From the IMG/VR virus record IMGVR_UViG_3300050343_000190, positions 1 through 64,000 of that record: a DNA stretch of 64,000 nucleotides; one strand, 5' to 3'. Both the position numbers and the translations under genes were made by a program. Below the pieces are notes generated by a model that worked only from the letters and a program-made list of their open reading frames with translations, had not been told where the DNA came from and ran no database searches. Shown here one piece after another: positions 44,510 through 57,323 of this stretch. Origin of the DNA: a virus. Positions within the stretch are counted from its first letter, which is position 1. Every line of letters begins with the position of its first letter.

Positions 44510-46166
44510 ATGTCAAAATTGTTTGGGTTCTCAATAGAGGACAACGAACCACTCTCACCGTCAGCGGTCTCCCCCGTTCCTCCTAATAATGAGGACGGGG
44601 TTGATCACTATCTGAGTAGTGGTTTTTTTGGTTCCTATGTAGATATTGAAGGTGTATATAAGAATGAATTTGATTAATCAAAGATATCGTGAGATGGCAC
44701 TTCATCCAGAGTGTGATAGTGCGATTGAAGATATTGTAAATGAAGCAATTGTTTCAGATTCTAATGATAGTCCTGTAGAAATTGAACTATCAAATCTAAA
44801 TGCCAGTGATGGTATAAAGAAAACTATTAGAACAAGAATTTAAATATATTTTAGATCTTATTAGATTTTGATAAAAAAGCACATGAAATTTATAGAAATT
44901 GGTATGTTGATGGTAGATTTACTATCATAAATAATTGATTTAAAAAATCCCAAGAAGGAATTCAAGAAGTTCGATATATTGACGCAATGAAAATGCGTTA
45001 TGTAAGAACAGCAAAAGAAAAACGAGCAGAAAGGCTGAATAAACTCAATCCTCTGAAAAATGATCCAATGGATTATGATTTTCCAGAGATTGAAGAGTTT
45101 TACATTTACAATCCAAAAGGAAATACTTCAGGAAATATGGGATCTCCTGGTGCAAGGAATTAAGATTGCAAAAGATGCAATCACATATTGCACTTCTGGT
45201 CTTGTAGATAGAAATAAGGGACACTACTCTTTCATATCTTCATAAAGCAATCAAATCACTCAATCAACTTGAGAATGATTGAGGATAGTCTTGTAATCTA
45301 TAGACTATCAAGAGCACCAGAACGTAGAATTTTCTACATTGATGTTGGTAATCTTCCTAAGCAAAAGGCAGAACAATATCTGCGTGATGTTATGATGCGT
45401 TATCGCAACAAACTTGTATATGATGCAAACACTGGAGAGATTCGTGATGACAAAAAATACATGTCGATGCTTGAGGACTTCTGGCTTCCCAGGCGTGAAG
45501 GTGGAAGAGGAACCGAAATCACCACTCTCCCTGGCGGACAAAACTTGGGTGAAATCACTGATATTGAATATTTTAAAAAGAAATTGTACAGGTCCCTTAA
45601 TGTTCCACCATCAAGAATGGATGGAGAAGGTGGGTTTAACTTGGGGAGATCTTCTGAGATCTTAAGAGATGAACTCAAGTTTACTAAGTTTGTTGGTCGT
45701 TTGAGAAAGAGATTCTCTAACATGTTTAATGACATGCTGAAGACTCAATTACTCCTGAAGAATGTAATTACTCCTGAAGATTGGGAGTCAATGAGTGAGC
45801 ATATTCAATATGACTTCCTATATGATAATCACTTCTCTGAACTGAAAGAAGCAGAATTGATGAATGAGAGACTTGCTATTGTTGCAACTGCAGAACCATA
45901 TGTTGGTAAGTATTTCTCACAAGATTATCTGAGACGAAAAGATTCTTGCGTCAAACTGATGATTGAAATTCTTGAACAGGATAAACTTGATTGAAAATGA
46001 AATTGCGGCAGGACTTATTCCAGATCCTACTGCTCCGGTTGATCCCGAAACAGGAATGCCTATAGATGATTCTACGAATGGTAATATGGGGGTTGTTCCT
46101 GTTGAACCAGAAATAGATGGATCTTCAACCGAGGCACCAGAAATGCCTAAGGGTGGAGAGATATAA
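44510..46166 (+). CDS. gp20: Portal vertex protein gp20 (multiple frameshifts)
   Basis: MSKLFGFSI, YREMALHPECDSAIEDIVNE, MIEDSLVIYRLSRAPERRIFYIDVGNLP, EDFWLPRREGGRGTEITTLPGG. Confidence 0.96.
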
Positions 46167-46174
46167 TATAAATA
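46167..46174 (+). promoter_or_regulatory. T4-type late promoter TATAAATA
   Basis: Perfect consensus immediately after the gp20 stop. Confidence 0.8.
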
Positions 46175-46203
46175 AATTGTAATCGTAGTACAGAATTATT
46201 AAC

Positions 46204-46386
46204 ATGGATGAATTAATGGATATGATTGTGAGTGATGAGTCCCCCTCACAGATTACAGATGCTATCAAAGATCTTCTTTTCGCTAAGAGCGCAGAAAAAG
46301 TTGATGCATTTAAACCTGTTGTGGCAAATTCTTATGTAGATTCTAAAGAAGATGAAATTTCTTCAGAAGAAGAAAGTGGAGAATGA
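46204..46386 (+). CDS. Small acidic prohead-core-region protein
   Basis: 60-aa acidic ORF between gp20 and gp21 with its own TATAAATA. Confidence 0.6.
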   Translation: MDELMDMIVSDESPSQITDAIKDLLFAKSAEKVDAFKPVVANSYVDSKEDEISSEEESGE

Positions 46387-46418
46387 ATAAATAACTCTTA
46401 TAAGACACTTTTAAGTTC

Positions 46419-46688
46419 ATGTATAGAACATTATTAAATGGATCTGGCGTTGAGGTTGCTCTTAATAGTGCAACTACTCTTAGTAATGCAACCGTTGTTA
46501 GAGTAATCAATCTTTCTGGAGCTGACGCGACAGTTAGTATTGCAAAAAGTACAACTGCTGGTTATGCAAGTACTGCTACTGTAACTCTACCAGACGATAG
46601 AGTTGAATTTTTTGAGAAAGGTCCTCAAGATATTATTTCAGCATCTGCTGCAACAGTTAAAGGTTTTAAAGTAGGATTTACTGGCTAA
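46419..46688 (+). CDS. Hypothetical protein
   Basis: 89-aa ORF ending KVGFTG, upstream of gp21, preceded by TAAATA. Confidence 0.6.
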   Translation: MYRTLLNGSGVEVALNSATTLSNATVVRVINLSGADATVSIAKSTTAGYASTATVTLPDDRVEFFEKGPQDIISASAATVKGFKVGFTG

Positions 46689-46692
46689 TCAA

Positions 46693-47337
46693 ATGAAACT
46701 AATCAGAGAAGAAATCGAAGAAGTAAAAGTCCTCGTAGAAGGTAAAGGGTCTAAAAAGTCTCTTTACATCGAAGGAGTTTTCCTTCAAGGAAACATCAAA
46801 AACCGTAATGGTCGTATGTATCCTATGGAGACTCTTCGTAAAGAAGTTGGTCGTTATAATGAAGGAGAATGTTTCTTCAGGTAGAGCACTTGGAGAACTT
46901 GGACACCCAGATGGTCCAACCGTAAATCTCGATAGAGTTTCTCATAAAATTGTATCCTTAAAGAAAGTGGATCTAATTTTATTGGTAAAGCAAAGATTTT
47001 GAATACCCCTATGGGTAAAATTGCTGAGGCTCTTCTTGATGATGGTGTAAAACTAGGAGTTTCTTCTCGTGGTATTGGATCAATCTAAAGCAAGAAGGTG
47101 TCAATATTGTTGGTGAGACTTTATGTTAGCAACTGCTGCTGATATTGTTGCTGATCCTTCTGCTCCTGATGCTTTTGTTGAAGGTATTATGGAAGGTAAA
47201 GAATGGGTATGGGAAGGTGGTATTCTTCGCGAAAGTATGCGCACAATCTGAGAGCTGAGATTGAAATAGCATCTCGCCAGAGACGCCTGGAAGAGCGTAA
47301 GATTGAACTGTTTGATCAGTTTATATCAAATCTTTAG
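46693..47337 (+). CDS. gp21: Prohead protease gp21 (frameshifted)
   Basis: MKLIREEI, LYIEGVFLQGNIKNRNGRMYP, ALGELGHP, LGVSSRG, ADIVADPSAPDAFV. Confidence 0.93.
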
Positions 47338-47340
47338 TTT

Positions 47341-47348
47341 TATAAATA
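47341..47348 (+). promoter_or_regulatory. T4-type late promoter TATAAATA upstream of gp22/gp23
   Basis: Perfect consensus in the gp21-gp22 gap. Confidence 0.85.
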
Positions 47349-47390
47349 AATATAGTTAATCTAAATTAAAAGATAAACGGAGAGTCTCAA

Positions 47391-48532
47391 ATGTCTAGTG
47401 GACAACAATTTACAGGAAATGGAAGCGGGCACTACACAATCCAAAACTGCTGTAAATGCGAATGCTGCTGCAGCGGATCCGATGCCAACGCTATCTAATC
47501 CCGGTCCATCTGCATCAGTAGAAGATCTCGGAGGTCCTACCCCCGAGAATTATAAACCTGATGACGATTCCGCAAAGTTAAAAGAGCCTGGCGCAACGCT
47601 TGCTCAAGTTAAGAAACGTAGTAAACAAAGGTGCTGCTAAGGCAGATCCTATGCCTGCTGGCGTTAAGGAAGAAGAAGAAGTCGAAGGCGAGAAGTTGTC
47701 GCAGAAGAAGAAGCAACTGAGGAAGAAGTAGTATCTGAAGAAGAAACTACAGAAGTTGCGGAGGCAGAAGTTGTTGCAGAATACGACATCGAAGAAGATG
47801 TAATGCTCTTCTCAATGGCGAAGAACTCTCCGAAGAATTCCAAGAAAAAAAGCTCGTACAATCTTTGAAGCAGCAATCAACTCTAAAGTTGCAGCAATCA
47901 AAGAACAACTAGAAGCACAATACGAAGACAAAATTTGTTTCTGAACTCTCAGAAGCAATTACAGAAACTAAAGAAGAATTAACTCGCAGAGCGAGTTGAT
48001 TCTTATCTTGAGTATGTTGCTGAAGAGTGGTTCACTGAGAACCAACTCGCTATTGAAGCATGCACTCAAGACCGAAATGACTGAATCCTTCATCTGAAGG
48101 AATGAAGGGTCTTTTTGAAGAACATTATGTATCAATCCCTGAAGAAAAATATGATGTGCTTGAGAGCATGGTAGAAAAACTTGATGACATGGAGACAAAA
48201 CTCAACGAGCAAATTGAGAAGAATATTTCCCTAAACTCCCGTCTTTCTGAGTCGGTTGCTGATGGAATCTTAGATCAAGTCTCTGAAGGTCTAGCACAGA
48301 CACAGAAAGAGAAGCTCGCCTCACTTTCCGAAAGTGTAGAGTTTGAAAGTGAAGAACAATATCGTGAAAAATTGGAAACTCTGAAGGAGTCATATTTCTC
48401 AGCAAAGAAACTCACTCCAGCAGCAAAAACTGAAACCCTTTCTGAGGGTGTAGAAAGTGGAACCTGAGTCCTACTCAAATTCCATGGCTGCATACCTGAA
48501 GAACTTTGGGTTATTGCTTAAGCAAAAACTGA
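47391..48532 (+). CDS. gp22: Prohead core scaffold gp22 (frameshifted; 3' end approximate)
   Basis: EDLGGPTPENYKPDDDSAKLK, acidic tract, VDSYLEYVAEEW, KGLFEEHYVSIPEEKYDV, KLETLKESYF. Confidence 0.9.
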
Positions 48533-48578
48533 ATTTAATATTAACTCAAACGTAAATTAACCACTAGGTAAAAAGCAA

Positions 48579-49975
48579 ATGTTCCAATCCGAACATCTGC
48601 AGGAAAAGTGGGCACCTCTCCTCAATCATGAGGGACTTGATTCAATCTCAAGATTCTCACAAGTAGAGCTGTAACCGCAGTCCTGTTAGAAAACCAAGAA
48701 AAATTCCTTAGAGAGCAATCCGCATTCGAGCAGGCTGGAATGCTTTGAGCAATCCAAGCACCACCAACGCTGTTGGTAATGGTGGGTATTTCCAGCTGGT
48801 GGTCAGACAGTTGCTGGTTTCGACCCCGTACTGATCTCCTTGATCAGACGCTCTATGCCTAACCTGGTCGCATATGACCTCGCAGGCGTTCAACCAATGT
48901 CTGGTCCTACTGGACTCATCTTCGCGATGCGTTCGAAGTACGAGACTCAGAACGGTACAGAGAGCATTCTTCGACGAAGCAGATACCGCATTCTCTGGTC
49001 AGAACGAGGTTTGACCTCACCAACGGCATTCACCGATGTTACTTCCGTTGGTATGGGTACTACCGCACAAGCAGGTAGCTAACCCCGGTGCACTGAACCC
49101 TGTTGGTTCTGCAACCGAATCAGGGATATACTGTTGGTCAGGGTATGCGTACCGATGATGCTGAAACCTCGGCACAGCTGGTGACCACTTCAACCAGATG
49201 GCATTCTCGATCGAGAAAGTCACCGTAACCGCCAAGTCCAGAGCTCTGAAAGCAGAGTACTCTTTAGAACTGGCACAAGACCTTAAGGCAATCCACGGTC
49301 TGAACGCTGAAGCGGAACTCGCAAACATCCTCTCTACTGAGATCCTTGCTGAGATCAACCGTGAAGTCATCAGAACTATCTACAAGGTTGCTGAGCAAGG
49401 CGCAACACAAAACGTTGCAACTGCTGGTGAGTTTGACCTCGACATCGACTCCAACGGACGTTGGTCTGTTGAGAAGTTCAAAGGTCTTCTGTTCCAAATC
49501 GAAAGAGATGCGAACGCAATCGCACAAAGAACTCGTAGAGGAAAGGGCAACGTAATCATGTGCTCCGCTGACGTTGCTTCCGCACTTGCACCATGGCTGG
49601 TGTACTTGATTACACCCCTGCACTCAACGCTAACCTTGAACGTTGATGACACTGGTAACACCTTCGCTGGTGTTCTGCAAGGTAAGTATCGCGTATACAT
49701 CGATCCTTATTCTGCAAACAACGCTGCTAACCAGTACTACGTTGTTGGTTATAAGGGTACTTCCCCTTATGACGCAGGTCTATTCTACTGCCCATACGTT
49801 CCCCTTCAGATGGTTCGTGCAGTTGGAGAGAACACCTTCCAGCCCAAAATCGGCTTTAAGACTCGCTACGGCATGGTTGCTAACCCCTTCGCACAAGGAA
49901 CCACAGTTGGCGCTGGTGCTCTTAACCAATGCTAACCGCTACTACCGTCGCGTTGCAGTTAAGAACCTCATGTGA
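48579..49975 (+). CDS. gp23: Major capsid protein gp23 (frameshifted)
   Basis: LQEKWAPLL, AGFDPVLISLIRRSMPNLVAYDLAGVQPMSGPTGLIFAMR, MAFSIEK..KSRALKAEY, FQPKIGFKTRYG, YYRRVAVKNLM*. Confidence 0.97.
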
Positions 49976-50058
49976 TCAAGTGGTTGCTGCGGAAGCGGTT
50001 GCCCCACATTGCAAATAAATAGTTAAAAATCTTGTTATGAAAATTCACAAGGTTACCG

Positions 50059-50094
50059 AGAGGGTCCTTACATTGGTGGGGACCCTCTTTTTTT
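50059..50094 (+). terminator. Rho-independent terminator after gp23
   Basis: Stem AGAGGGTCC/GGACCCTCT followed by a T-tract. Confidence 0.85.
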
Positions 50095-50114
50095 ATCTAA
50101 ATAATTAAAAAAAG

Positions 50115-50704
50115 ATGGCATGGACAATGATTTTTGTAAAGAAACGATACTCAAATAGACAGAATAGAAACTTTCTTTCACCAACTGGATTTAGATTTGG
50201 TTTAACTAGAAGCACCTAAGTAGCATTTTTTGCAATCAGTGCAAATATTCCCAGATCATTGGATCTTGGAGTTGCAACAGTTCAACCATCATCTTAAAAG
50301 AGATTGATGTACCTGGAGATAAATTGTATTTGGAGATTTAAACTTAGATTTCTTAGTTGATGAAGATCTCAAAAATTATATGGAAATTCAAAACTGGATG
50401 AGAGGTCTTGGATATCCAGAAACGTTAAAAGAAATTTATAGATCTCAAAGTAATACCTAGGAGAACTTAAGGGAAATATCATTCCAGATTTGAAAAGGTG
50501 GACATCTATTCTGATGGTTCTTCAAATTTTAACAAGTAATAACTTAATATTCCAAATTTCAAGTTAATTTTAAAGATATGTTCCCATACATATTTATCAA
50601 CTATTACTTTGATGCTACTGATACAGACATAGAGTACTTTACAGCAGACGTTGCTTTCAAGTATACTATCTACAATATAACTGATAGAATAACAAGACCT
50701 TTAT
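50115..50704 (+). CDS. gp3: Tail tube terminator/completion protein gp3 (heavily frameshifted; ends approximate)
   Basis: Read across frames: NRNFLSPTGFRF, ANIP, IDVPGDK, VDEDL.NYMEIQNWMRGLGYPE, EYFTADVAFKYTIY. Confidence 0.8.
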
Positions 50705-51133
50705 GATCGATCTTGATAAACTTCAAGAGATGTGGGAAAAGATTCAAAAATTGATAGAGATAATCTACATGATGAATCTTAAATATCCCCTCTCTACATG
50801 CAAAATACTTTGAACTTTATAATACATTTTCTTCTAAGAAAAAAAGCAGAGCAACAAAGAAAAAATATAAGACATGAACGATATGAATACTTCAGTGGTA
50901 AATCAGATCCTGATGTATACATAGAAAATCCTTTTCCTAAAAAAATTAGAGATAAAGATACTATGCAAAAGTATCTTGATGCAGATGAAAAACTTTCTAC
51001 AGTATGTTTAAAAATTGATTACTATGATACTATATTAGTATATATTGAGAGTATATTAAAACAGATAACTAATAGAACTTATCAAATTAAAAACGCAATT
51101 GAGTTTATGAGGTTTAATTCAGGACTAGGATAA
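50703..51133 (+). CDS. uvsY: Recombination mediator UvsY
   Basis: IPSLHAKY, YEYFSGK, YLDADEKL and RTYQIKNAIEFMRF, located before uvsW. Confidence 0.85.
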
Positions 51134-51342
51134 TGAATGAAGAATTCGAACCAAGTCAAGAGTTTGATTATACAGTTAATTTGACTATAGAAGATATTCG
51201 TCTATTACATCACTGTGTTTTGAAAAGAATTGAAAATTGGGAAGGTTCTCCTGCCAGACATCCAATGGAACAAGAGCATCTTTGGTACTTAAGAGATTCG
51301 TTGTATAGAATGATATTAGAATATAAGTTTGAAAATATGTAA
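51133..51342 (+). CDS. Hypothetical protein
   Basis: 69-aa coupled ORF with WEGSPARHPMEQEHLWYLRD. Confidence 0.65.
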   Translation: MNEEFEPSQEFDYTVNLTIEDIRLLHHCVLKRIENWEGSPARHPMEQEHLWYLRDSLYRMILEYKFENM

Positions 51343-51369
51343 TAAATATTATTAGATGAATGGGTCTAT

Positions 51370-52840
51370 GTGATTGATACGACTGCCAATCTTGTTATAT
51401 CTAAATCAAACGAAGTATTTTTAAAGATTAATACAGAACCTCATATAGAATATGAACTTAGAGACCACTTTAAGTTTGAGGTTCCTAATGCAAAATTTAT
51501 GCCACAGTATCGTGGAAGGAATTGGAACGGAGAGATTCACCTTTACGATATGCGGTCTAAGCAGATCTATGTTGGTCTGTTAGATAAGATTGTAGTTCTG
51601 TGAGAACTACGGATACAGTTATAAGTTTGAAGATAATAAATTTTATGGCACTCCATATGAAGAGAATGATCATATTTCCTTAGAAGGTGTTAAGGATTAT
51701 ATGAATTCTATTTGTTCTCATACTCCTAGGAAATATCAAGTTGAGGGAGTATACGGTGCTCTAAAGCATAATAGAAAGCTATTGATAAGCCCCACTGCTT
51801 CTGGCAAATCTTTGATGATTTATTCTCTCGTAAGATACTACGTAGACCGAGGAGAAAAAATTCTTTTAGTTGTTCCAACGACATCTCTTGTAGAGCAGAT
51901 GTACAAGGATTTTCTTGATTATGGTTGGGATGCTGATTCATATTGTCACCGTATCTATTCGGGTAAAGAAAAAAGTAATGAAGCACCAGTAACAATTACA
52001 ACCTGGCAATCTGTTTATAAACTTAGATAGATCTTTCTTTGAAGACTATGGTGTCATTATAGGTGATGAAGCACATTTATTCAAGTCTAAGTCTCTAATA
52101 CAGATTATGACCAAACTACATCATGCAAAGTATAGATTTGGATTCACTGGTACTTTAGACGGCACACAGACGCATAAGTGGGTGTTAGAGGGACTGTTTG
52201 GACCATCATATAAAGTGACAAGAACTGATGAGTTGATGAGACAGGGACATCTTTCACAACTTGATATTCAGTGTCTTGTTCTTAAACATCCTCCACAAAA
52301 TTTGATGTTTATGAGGATGAGATACAGTATTTAATAGGTCACGAACAACGTAATAATTTTATTAAAAATCTAGCATTAGATCTTAAAGGAAATAGTCTTG
52401 TTCTTTTCCAAAGAGTCGAAGTCATGGAGCAGTACTCTATGAAAGATAAATAAAACAAAGGTGACAACCGTAAGGTATTTTTTATACATGGTGGTGTAGA
52501 TACAGAAGAAAGAGAACTAGTAAGAGAAATAACAGAAAGAGAAAACAACGCTATTATTGTTGCTTCTTATGGAACTTTTTCTACTGGTATCAACATTAAA
52601 AACCTCCATAATGTTATCTTTGCCTCTCCAAGTAAGTCAAGAGTCCGCAATCTTCAAAGTATTGGACGAGTTCTTAGAAAAGGAAAAGGACAAAGTAAAA
52701 GCAACTCTATATGATATCTCAGATGATTGCTCTACAAAAAATAGAAGAAATTACACACTCAATCATTTCATAGAAAGAATTAAAACATATAATGAAGAAA
52801 ACTTTAATTATGAAATAATCACTATTCAATTAAAATATGA
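51370..52840 (+). CDS. uvsW: SF2 helicase UvsW (frameshifted)
   Basis: SPTASGKS, GDEAH, FGFTGTL, ASYGTFSTGINI, LQSIGRVLR. Confidence 0.94.
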
Positions 52841-53240
52841 TAGAAGAAGATTTTTATGCAACCGTAAAATTTAAATCTGGAGAAGAAATATTTGCTAAAG
52901 TAGCTGCATCTGAAGAAAAAGATAGAACTATGTTATTAGTTTCTAATCCAATTATTGTTGAAGAGTTAAAAGGAAAAGAGAGGTAGTTGGATATAAAATA
53001 GAACCTTGGTTAAAAACAACAACTGATGATATGTTTATTATTAATTAGATGATGTTCTTACTTTGTCAGAATCATCTGATATTGAAATGATAATGATGTA
53101 TCAAGATTATATAAGATCTGCAAATAAAGATAATAAAAATCAACTAAAATTAATCGTAATATGGGATATCTAGGTAATGTCAATGATACAAAAGAACTTT
53201 TAGAAAAGATATTTAAGAAGAGCTCAGAAGAAGCTATAGC
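52837..53240 (+). CDS. Conserved hypothetical protein (Sm-like), frameshifted
   Basis: MIEEDFYATVKFKSGEEIFAKV...GYKIEPWLK...MGYLGNVNDTKELLEKIF, between uvsW and gp55. Confidence 0.65.
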
Positions 53241-53339
53241 TATCCTATCAACCCTAACAGAGTTATTCTACTGTACTTTTGAGAACTTGTCAAGTAACGC
53301 TGAAGATGATATAATCTATACATATTATGAGATAAACTT

Positions 53340-53832
53340 ATGATAAGACCTATGGCTAAAAGAAAAAGGTCAGAACATTATGTGAATAACAAAGAGTTTC
53401 TGGCAGAATACTTATCAAGTATCGTGAAGATAAAGAGATTGCTTTAATCAAGATCTTCCTAAACCTCCCATTCCTCGCTACATTGGGGAGTGTTTCTTGA
53501 AGATTGCAAATCATCTATCATTCAAACCAAACTTCGTCAACTACATGTTCAAAGAGGACATGATCTCTGACGGAATTGAGAACTGTGTTCAGTACATACA
53601 TAACTTTAACCCAGAGAAATCCCAGAATCCCTTTGCGTATTTCACTCAGATTATTCATTACGCTTTTCTGCGTCGTATTCAGCGAGAGAAAAGACAGTTA
53701 GAAATCAAGAACAAGATTATTGAACGGTCTGGTTACAGTGAGGTGTTTGACGACAACAACACCCTTGACGGATCCAACTACAGCGACTATAATAGTATCA
53801 AAGACGCAGTGCATTCCAAACTCCGTAATTGA
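53340..53832 (+). CDS. gp55: Late-transcription sigma factor gp55
   Basis: HYVNNKEF, YIGECFLKIANHLSFKPNFVNYMFKEDMISDGIENC, NPFAYFTQIIHYAFLRRI. Confidence 0.95.
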
Positions 53833-54867
53833 TGAAAGTTGCAATCATTACCGATCAACACTTTGGTGCTCGTAAAAACTCTAAGTTATTTCACGACTAT
53901 TTCCTGAAGTTCTATAATGACGTGTTCTTTCCTTATTTGGAAGAGCACGGAATTACTACAGTTATAGATATGGGAGATACTTTTGATAGTCGTAAAGGTA
54001 TTGATTTCTCTGCACTAGCATGGGCAAAGAATAATTATTATGATCGACTTAAAAGACATGGGTATTCATGTTCATACTATTGTTGGTAATCATACTGCAT
54101 ATTATAAAAATACTAATGATGTTAATGCTGTTGACTTCTTCTTCGTGAGTATGATAATGTAACAGTTTATTCAGAACCAACTGAAGTTTGGATAATCGTT
54201 AAAAGTACTTTTTATTCCTTGGATTAATCAAGAAAATGAAGAAAAGACTTTTAAGTTTATTAAAAATTCAAATTGCAAGTGTGCGATGGGGCACCTTGAC
54301 TCTAAATGGATTTAGAGCTCATAGAGGACATCGTCATGGATCATGGTCATGCAAGCGAGTTATATTCAAAGTTCACCAAGGTCTTCTCCGGTCACTATCA
54401 CACTAGATCGGATGATGGAAGATCTATTACTTGGAAATCCCTATGAGATGTTCTGGAACGATTTAAATGACCCAAGAGGATTTCCATCTTTGATACAGAA
54501 ACTCTAGAACATTTTCATGTAGATAATCCATATAGGATTTTCTATAATATTTACTATAATGACACACCACATCAAACTTTTGATGTTAGTGAATATGAAA
54601 ATAAAATTGTAAAGTTATTGTTCGTAAAAAAACTAGCATAAAGAATTTGAAAAATTTATTGATAAACTTTATGAAGTTGGAGTTTCTGATCTTAAAATTG
54701 TAGAAAACTTTGTTCTGCATGGTATCTTCTGAGTTTGAAGTATTTGAATCTGAAGATACTCTTTCTATCTTAATAGATATATTCAAGAAGCAGAAATTAA
54801 TCTTGATAAGTCAAGAATTCAAAATATTATGAGAGATACTTATCAAGAAGCATGTGAATTGATTTAA
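53832..54867 (+). CDS. gp47: Recombination endonuclease gp47 (Mre11/SbcD-like), frameshifted
   Basis: ITDQHFG, MGDTFD, VGNH and FSGHYH phosphoesterase motifs. Confidence 0.92.
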
Positions 54868-55140
54868 ATGTATATCTTAACAATCTACGGAAAAGAAACT
54901 GAAGGTGCATATTCTGTACTTGATGATGAGGAGAACAGATACTTTATATTGTTTGAAGAAGAAGATGATGCTATGAGATATGCTATGATGTTAGAAGATG
55001 ATGGAAGTCCAAAATGCATGTCATAGAAGTTGAAGATGATATAATGATAAAAACTTGTGAACTTCATGATTATAGTTACACTATAATTACTAAAAATGAC
55101 ATTGTAATTCCACCTAGAACAAATCATGATTTTATTTGAA
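54868..55140 (+). CDS. Conserved hypothetical protein (frameshifted)
   Basis: MYILTIYGKETEGAYSV...LFEEEDDAMRYAMML...IITKNDIVIPP. Confidence 0.6.
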
Positions 55141-56790
55141 AAATTCGTTGGAAAAATTTTCTTTCTACTGGAAATCAATTTACTGAAGTAGATTTACTAA
55201 AACACCTACCAATTTATTATTGGTACAAATGGTGCTGGTAAATCTACTATTCTTGATGCTCTTACTTTTCTCTTGTTTGGAAAACCTTTTCGTAAAATTA
55301 ATAAACCTCAACTTATCAATTCTGTAAATGAAAAGGACTGTGTAGTTGAAGTTGAATTTTCTATTGGTAATGTGAACTGGAAAGTTTTCGTGGAATCAAA
55401 CCAAATATATTTGAGATTTGGAGAGATGATAACTTTTAGATCAAGTGCAGCTGCTGCAGATCAGCAAAAATGGTTTGAGCAGAATGTATTAAAGATGAAC
55501 TATAAGTCTTTTACTCAGATTGTAATTTTGGGTAGTAGCACTTTGTTCCTTTCATGCAATTGACTTCTACTAATCGTAGAGAAGTTATTGAAGATCTTCT
55601 TGATATTCGTATCTTTTCTTCTATGAATAGTGTGATTAAAGATAAGATTCGAGGCCAAAGAAGATATTAAAGTTTTAGAACTTAAGAAAGAATCTCTTAC
55701 TGATAAAGTTAAAATGCAAGAAAACTTTATTGAAGAACTTGAGAGTCGTGGAAAAGAAAATATTAAAGATAAAGAAATCGTATAGGTAATCTTCTTAATG
55801 AAGAGAATAATTGGATGGGATCTAATGAAGAGTTAGAAAGAATCTCTTATAGATGTCAATGGTAAACTTGAAAATTTTCTGGTGCAACAGCAAACTTCGT
55901 AAACTTGGTAATCTAAAAGGTAAGATTTCTAACAAAGTATCAACTATTACTAAGGAACATAAATTTTTCACAGAGAATACGGTTTGCCCTACATGCACAC
56001 AATCTATTGAAGAGACCTTCAGAATAAATAAAATTGACGACGCTCAAATAAAGCAAAAGAGTTGCAATCTGGTTATAAAGAACTAGAGAGGCAATTAAAG
56101 AAGAAGAAAAGCGAGAGCGTCAATTTCACAGTTCTATCTAAGGAGATTACTTCACTCACACATGGCATTTCTCAAAACAATACTAAGATCGCTGGATGTC
56201 AAAGACAAATCAGAGATCTGGAATCGGAAATTCAAAGAGTTACCGACAACCTTGCAAACAGAAATACTGAGAATGAAAAGTTAGCAACCTTCAAGGATAA
56301 TCTAAAAACTACATACGACGAACTAGCAACAACGAAAGAAACAATTAACTATTACGATTTTCGTATAGTTTACTTAAAGACGGTGGAGTCAAATCTAAAA
56401 TCATTAAGAAGTATCTACCGCTGATAAATCAGCAAGTAATAAGTATCTACAACTGATGGACTTCTATATTAACTTCTACACTTGATGAAGAATTTAACGA
56501 AACCGTCCAGTCTCCAATTCATGAAGACTTTTCTTATGCTTCTTTCAGCGAGGGAGAGAAGATGAGAATTGACTTAGCACTCTTGTTTACTTGGAGAGAA
56601 GTAGCAAGAATGAAGAACTCTGTCAATACTAATCTATTGATTATGGATGAAGTATTTGATAGTTCTCTTAGATGGATTTGGTACAGAAGAATTTCTAAAG
56701 ATTATTAGATTTGTATTAAAGATGCAAATATTTTTGTTATCTCTCATAAAGAATCTTTGCATGATAAGTTTAAAAGAAAACGCCTCTGAG
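55126..56790 (+). CDS. gp46: Recombination ATPase gp46 (Rad50/SbcC-like), frameshifted with a corrupted 3' end
   Basis: WKNFLSTGN, GTNGAGKST, CPTC zinc hook, SFSEGEKMRIDLALLFTW, LIMDEVFDSSL, FVISH. Confidence 0.92.
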
Positions 56791-56799
56791 TCTATAATG

Positions 56800-57237
56800 A
56801 CGAATATCTTTTTGGAGAACAAGATTATGATTATAGAGAAACAAATATTGAAGAGGTAAAAGTTGACGCGGTTTTTTCTAATCAAATGATTAGAAGAAAC
56901 TTAATTCTTATTAAAGAGTTATTAGATTGTAATAAGTTAGATGAAAATTTTCTTTTTGTTAGGTATGAAGATCTCATAGAAAATCCTTATCGGGAGCTTT
57001 TTCAATCATATATGACTTTATTGGTGCATCTCCCTTTAAAAATAATTTTGAAGATATACAGCAGATACCTTTTCATGATGCTATGTTCTTGCCTTATGGT
57101 AGACATAAGATAAATTCAAAATTAGAAAATAGAGATCCTTGGAAATTTAATATATGTCCAACAGCAGAAGATAAAATACTAGGAGAAAATTTTTGGTATT
57201 ATGAAGAATTTTATCCAGAATTACTTACATCATAATA
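56800..57237 (+). CDS. Sulfotransferase-family C-terminal fragment
   Basis: NFLFVRYEDLIENPYREL..IYDFIG read across frames. The N-terminal PAPS-binding loop is not visible. Confidence 0.45.
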
Positions 57238-57323
57238 AATAAATAAAAAATCTATGGAAAATTTCCATCTTGATAATTCTGATTGGTATGATAGATTGAT
57301 TAATAAAACACTGGACGAGTACC

